Origin: a virus
Taxonomy: Duplodnaviria > Caudoviricetes
Virus record (IMG/VR): IMGVR_UViG_3300043388_000012
Span: 1 to 64,000 of that record
Length of the DNA: 64,000 bases
Direction: 5' to 3' (one strand)
Shown here: piece after piece, positions 60,666 through 64,000 of the stretch
Numbering within the stretch: position 1 is the first letter of the stretch
Layout: each line of letters opens with the position of its first letter
Program-made: the position numbers and the translations under genes
Notes under the pieces: model-generated
Told to the model about the DNA's origin: nothing
Database searches by the model: none
Seen by the model: only the letters and a program-made list of their open reading frames with translations

Positions 60666-62773
60666 TGCGCCGGGCGGTCACGCTCGCAGACGGCATCGTA
60701 GCGGCCGAAGAACTCGCTTCGGCGTTGCTCGGCTTCTCGGTCCACAAGGCAGTCGACCCCCTCTCTCCGAGTGGGTTTCTGCTCATCGGGCAGAAGGTAG
60801 CTAAGCAACTCGAGAACGCGGTCAAAGGCGCAGAAGCGGCAGCTGTCGCGGATGTGATTCACAAGCTCGGCTTCGATTGGACGAAGCTCTCCCCCGATGC
60901 GGCAACCGCTGCGATGAACGCCGTAAACAAGGCGATCGGCGATGCCTACGCGAAGCACATCCTACCGAAAATCAACGAGACGCTAGAGGTCGAAGGCCCG
61001 AAGGTGATGGGCGCGACGAAGAAGTCGGTCAAGGTACACCAGAAGATCGAGATCTCCGGAGACCTTGCACAGCGTGATCTCGTCGCAGAAAAGGCGATCC
61101 GCAACTCACACGTGAACTTCATCCGAGACTCAGCCGGAGACCGCGCGGCTACGCTCTCGAAGAAGGCTCGTTCGATGGTCGCTACTGGTCTCGGGCAGGG
61201 GCTAGGCACAGACCAGATCGGGAAGGACTTGCATGCATTCTTCCGGGAGAACATCCCGCGACCGCCGTCTTACTGGCGCACGGTCGCTGATTCGTTCGTC
61301 GGCAGGGCCCGAGCTTCTTCGCAGATCTACGCATACGAGACCGCGAAGATTCAGAGCTTCGAAGTCGTCGCTGTCATCGATGAAGTGACTACAGACCAAT
61401 GTCGATTCATGAACGGCAAAGTCTTCTCGGTCACGGTTGGGCGAGCGCTCGTAGAGACGATGAACGCGCTCGAAGAGCCGGAGGATGTGAAGTATGCCGC
61501 TCCGTGGATTCGTAAGGGCAGAGACGATGCAGGCAACATGCGGCTCTTCGTGCCGCACTCGAACGGCACAACGACAACCATCGCGAAGATCGATCGTAGC
61601 GGCGTAGGGCGCGCCGACGATGCAGGCAAGTTCAGCGGCGGCAAGGATGCAGACGGGCTAGGCAAGCTTGGCGTCTCGTTGCCGCCCTACCATGGCCGAT
61701 GCCGCACGGTGATCGTTGCTGCGGCGGAGACGTTCGAGCAAGGCGCTCCGGTGATGGTACCGGGAGCTGACCTAGAGCCGACTCCTGCTGCAGAGCCGGT
61801 AGCAACTCATTCGGCGGAGCCGGAGACTCTGGAGGTCAACCAACCAGCTGCTTGGATGACGGCAGAGACTCTCGACGTCACAGAAGAGATCGCTCTAAAA
61901 GGCAGTGCTACCGATGTTCGTCGGCTCGTTGTTCAGGACGGCGAAGCCAAACACAAAGCTATTTGGAAGTCCGTTACAGGAGAGTTCCGACACGAAAACG
62001 AGTGGGGCAGACCTCTGCGAGATGGTGTCAAAGCAGGCACTTTCTATCAGCGCGAAGCAGCTGCGTTCGACTTTGACTCCCTGCTTGGCGGAGAGACGGT
62101 CATCCCTATGACCGTTGCTCGCAACCGAGGAACTATGCCGGGAAGCTTGCAGGCGTTCGTACCGAAGTCGAAGACGACTAACCTGACTGATTGGAAGGCT
62201 GATGGAGGGGGCACTGTTGCGTATACTCCTGACGATAAGCTAGCCCTCAAGCTCGCCGCAGACCCTGACGTTCGTCGACAGTTTCTGCTCGATGCGCTGA
62301 TGGCAAACGATGACCGGCATGGAGCGAATACCCTCTGGCGAAAAGTCGGCGATGCGATGAAGCCGGTCGCGATCGACAACGGGTTAGCGTTTCCCGAGAA
62401 GCCTTGCCGCTTCTTGTTCGCGATTGAGAATCGAGGATTTGAGCAAGCCCTCCTGCGGCTCGATGCACACAGCATCGAGTTACTCAACAAGTTGAGCCTC
62501 GAAGACGTCGCAGCCGTTCTCAAAAAGTACGAAGGGATTACAGAAACCCAGATCAGCGCCACGCTTGGTCGAATCAAGGCACTGCAGAAGGATCCTCAAC
62601 AACTACATAAGGGTATGACCGAACACGAAGCCCCCGCACAGGTCATGAGCATGTGGTTGAAAATGACACTCGAAGATCGTGCTATAACGAAAGGACCGAT
62701 CGGCGATTACAGCGCATGGGCTGTTCTCTCCGCGGATGACCTGGCAGAGATTGCGAAGCTGTCCAAGCGATGA
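60665..62773 (+). CDS. MuF/SPP1 gp7 minor head protein fused to a PI3/4-kinase/HipA-like domain
   Basis: AVIDEVTTDQCRFMNGKVF and PPYHGRCRT (MuF); then KAIWK, REAAAF, GSLQAF, NDDRHGAN, AIDNGLAFP. Confidence 0.82.
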   Translation: MRRAVTLADGIVAAEELASALLGFSVHKAVDPLSPSGFLLIGQKVAKQLENAVKGAEAAAVADVIHKLGFDWTKLSPDAATAAMNAVNKAIGDAYAKHILPKINETLEVEGPKVMGATKKSVKVHQKIEISGDLAQRDLVAEKAIRNSHVNFIRDSAGDRAATLSKKARSMVATGLGQGLGTDQIGKDLHAFFRENIPRPPSYWRTVADSFVGRARASSQIYAYETAKIQSFEVVAVIDEVTTDQCRFMNGKVFSVTVGRALVETMNALEEPEDVKYAAPWIRKGRDDAGNMRLFVPHSNGTTTTIAKIDRSGVGRADDAGKFSGGKDADGLGKLGVSLPPYHGRCRTVIVAAAETFEQGAPVMVPGADLEPTPAAEPVATHSAEPETLEVNQPAAWMTAETLDVTEEIALKGSATDVRRLVVQDGEAKHKAIWKSVTGEFRHENEWGRPLRDGVKAGTFYQREAAAFDFDSLLGGETVIPMTVARNRGTMPGSLQAFVPKSKTTNLTDWKADGGGTVAYTPDDKLALKLAADPDVRRQFLLDALMANDDRHGANTLWRKVGDAMKPVAIDNGLAFPEKPCRFLFAIENRGFEQALLRLDAHSIELLNKLSLEDVAAVLKKYEGITETQISATLGRIKALQKDPQQLHKGMTEHEAPAQVMSMWLKMTLEDRAITKGPIGDYSAWAVLSADDLAEIAKLSKR

Positions 62774-63024
62774 AGCGCCTAGTGCAAGTTGATCCAGAGA
62801 CGTACAAACCCGCGGGAGTGGTCTGCACGTTCGAGCTTGTCGGAGACAAGGTCGAAGTAGTCCCTGCGGATGGTCTCGACCGATGGCGGAACGTCGCAGA
62901 GCTCGTGTTGGGGAGCGAGATCCTGACTCCGAGCGACGGCAAGGCGTATTACGATGCTCTCGGATCGATTCGCGGCTCCTATTTTTTCGTCGAAGAAGTT
63001 CCGGAGACCGAAGCAACCAAGTAG
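62770..63024 (+). CDS. Small acidic protein
   Basis: ATGA-coupled to the MuF-kinase gene. Confidence 0.6.
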   Translation: MKRLVQVDPETYKPAGVVCTFELVGDKVEVVPADGLDRWRNVAELVLGSEILTPSDGKAYYDALGSIRGSYFFVEEVPETEATK

Positions 63025-63036
63025 TTTCTCCCTGCT

Positions 63037-63327
63037 ATGGCAGGCGAACTACTCGAGTTGATCACGAGTCACGATCCGTCGCTCAAGCAGCGCGTGTTGA
63101 CACGCGTGCAGCACGTTATCGCTGACTCGTTTAGAGCAGACAAGTCACGCCGCACAACCTCCGAGGTAGTGCGGCGGTTCAAGATCCTCGAGACCTTGAT
63201 GCGAGAGCTCCGGCATGACTACGGATGGGCGTTCGAACGGATTCTCGACGCTATGCCTGTAGCGCTCCGATGCAAGCTCGACGGCATCCCGTGGGCGCCC
63301 GATTTGAAGCGCAACTCTTGGGTGTAA
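63037..63327 (+). CDS. Hypothetical protein
   Basis: Its stop codon lies inside motif A at 63323. Confidence 0.6.
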   Translation: MAGELLELITSHDPSLKQRVLTRVQHVIADSFRADKSRRTTSEVVRRFKILETLMRELRHDYGWAFERILDAMPVALRCKLDGIPWAPDLKRNSWV

Positions 63328-63340
63328 CCTCGAGGATACA
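63323..63340. promoter_or_regulatory. Motif A site
   Basis: TGTAACCTCGAGGATACA, overlaps the stop at 63327. Confidence 0.85.
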
Positions 63341-63409
63341 ATCTGGAGCTGCACGGCTTATTGCGATCTGTATGTTGGCCAGCGTCTACTTTGGGCAACA
63401 GGAGATCCG

Positions 63410-64000
63410 ATGCCAACTCTTACCGAACAAGTCGATGCAGCGAACGCGAAGCTCGATGCGCTTCTAGCCGCTCCGGCTACCGTCGTTGCTCCGACTGCCG
63501 AACCGGTCGAGATGACCGCGGCCGAAGCTCTGCTTCACATCACTGACGAACTGTCCAAGGGTGTTTCGACAGAGCGAGCAACCTATCTCAAGGGCATCGT
63601 GACTGAGATCGCGAAGAACAACTTCGAGTCCCATGGCGAAGGCGCCATGCCGATCAAAATCGTCAACGACCCGACGCAACTCAAGCCGGGCACGGCTCCG
63701 ATCGCTCCGGTTCAGTCTCTGACGTCAGCGACTCCGGAGAGCAACTTCGCAGACAACATGAGCGCGGTTCAGAAGGTCGCTCTCATCGTGAAGATGCTCA
63801 CTGACAAGGAAGAGCTCAAGGCTCGGATCGCGAAGTCAGCGCTCACTGAAAAGATGGCTCAGATCAAGTCGATGTTCGGTCTGACCGATACCGACATGAA
63901 AGACAGCTACGACGTTCGTTGGAAGGTCGGAGACCTGATCTCTCTGCTGCAGGAAGCGATCAAGATGGAGAACTTCGTTAGCGGAGGCGGCGGCAAAGAC
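63410..64000 (+). CDS. Partial gene running off the window (head module, possibly scaffold-like)
   Basis: CAGGAG RBS, ATG 63410, open to the end: MPTLTEQVDAANAKLDALL... Confidence 0.7.
   Translation, partial: MPTLTEQVDAANAKLDALLAAPATVVAPTAEPVEMTAAEALLHITDELSKGVSTERATYLKGIVTEIAKNNFESHGEGAMPIKIVNDPTQLKPGTAPIAPVQSLTSATPESNFADNMSAVQKVALIVKMLTDKEELKARIAKSALTEKMAQIKSMFGLTDTDMKDSYDVRWKVGDLISLLQEAIKMENFVSGGGGKD

Noticed and set aside
54-63679. Long antisense or alternate-frame ORFs in the track (e.g. 724-1371, 30823-31611, 39042-39680, 59822-60631)
   Set aside because: They shadow well-supported genes, have Arg/Ser/Ala-biased translations and are expected in high-GC DNA

Overview
The window is a 64 kb segment of a high-GC temperate dsDNA phage genome, apparently in its non-integrated form. 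No host core genes are visible. From left to right it contains: (1) a replication/recombination operon (family-B DNA polymerase, UvsY-like, SSB-like, RecA, Mre11/SbcD, Rad50/SbcC, RuvC-like, DNA methylase; 0.4-11.4 kb); (2) long runs of small, translationally coupled hypothetical genes; (3) a minus-strand block next to a serine recombinase (15-21 kb); (4) terminase small and large subunits, the latter with a class-3 LAGLIDADG intein (27.9-31.7 kb); (5) xis/int with an intact attP made of the 3' part of tRNA-Leu(CAA) flanked by arm-type repeats (37.9-39.9 kb); (6) a regulatory region (46.7-50.5 kb); (7) a divergent array of small monocistronic gene cassettes (50.8-57.5 kb); and (8) the start of the head module (portal, MuF/gp7 fused to a PI3/4-kinase-like domain; 57.6-64 kb). 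The strongest unexplained signals are two independent families of palindromic DNA sites. Motif B (GTCCCG-N4-CGGGAC, 20 copies) sits inside sigma70-type promoters, and 13 of these place ATG exactly 6 nt after the -10 box (predicted leaderless mRNAs). Motif A (TGTAWCCTYRAGGWTACA, 9 copies) is scattered across the whole window in genes and at stop codons. Protein calls rest on motifs recognised by eye, not on database searches.
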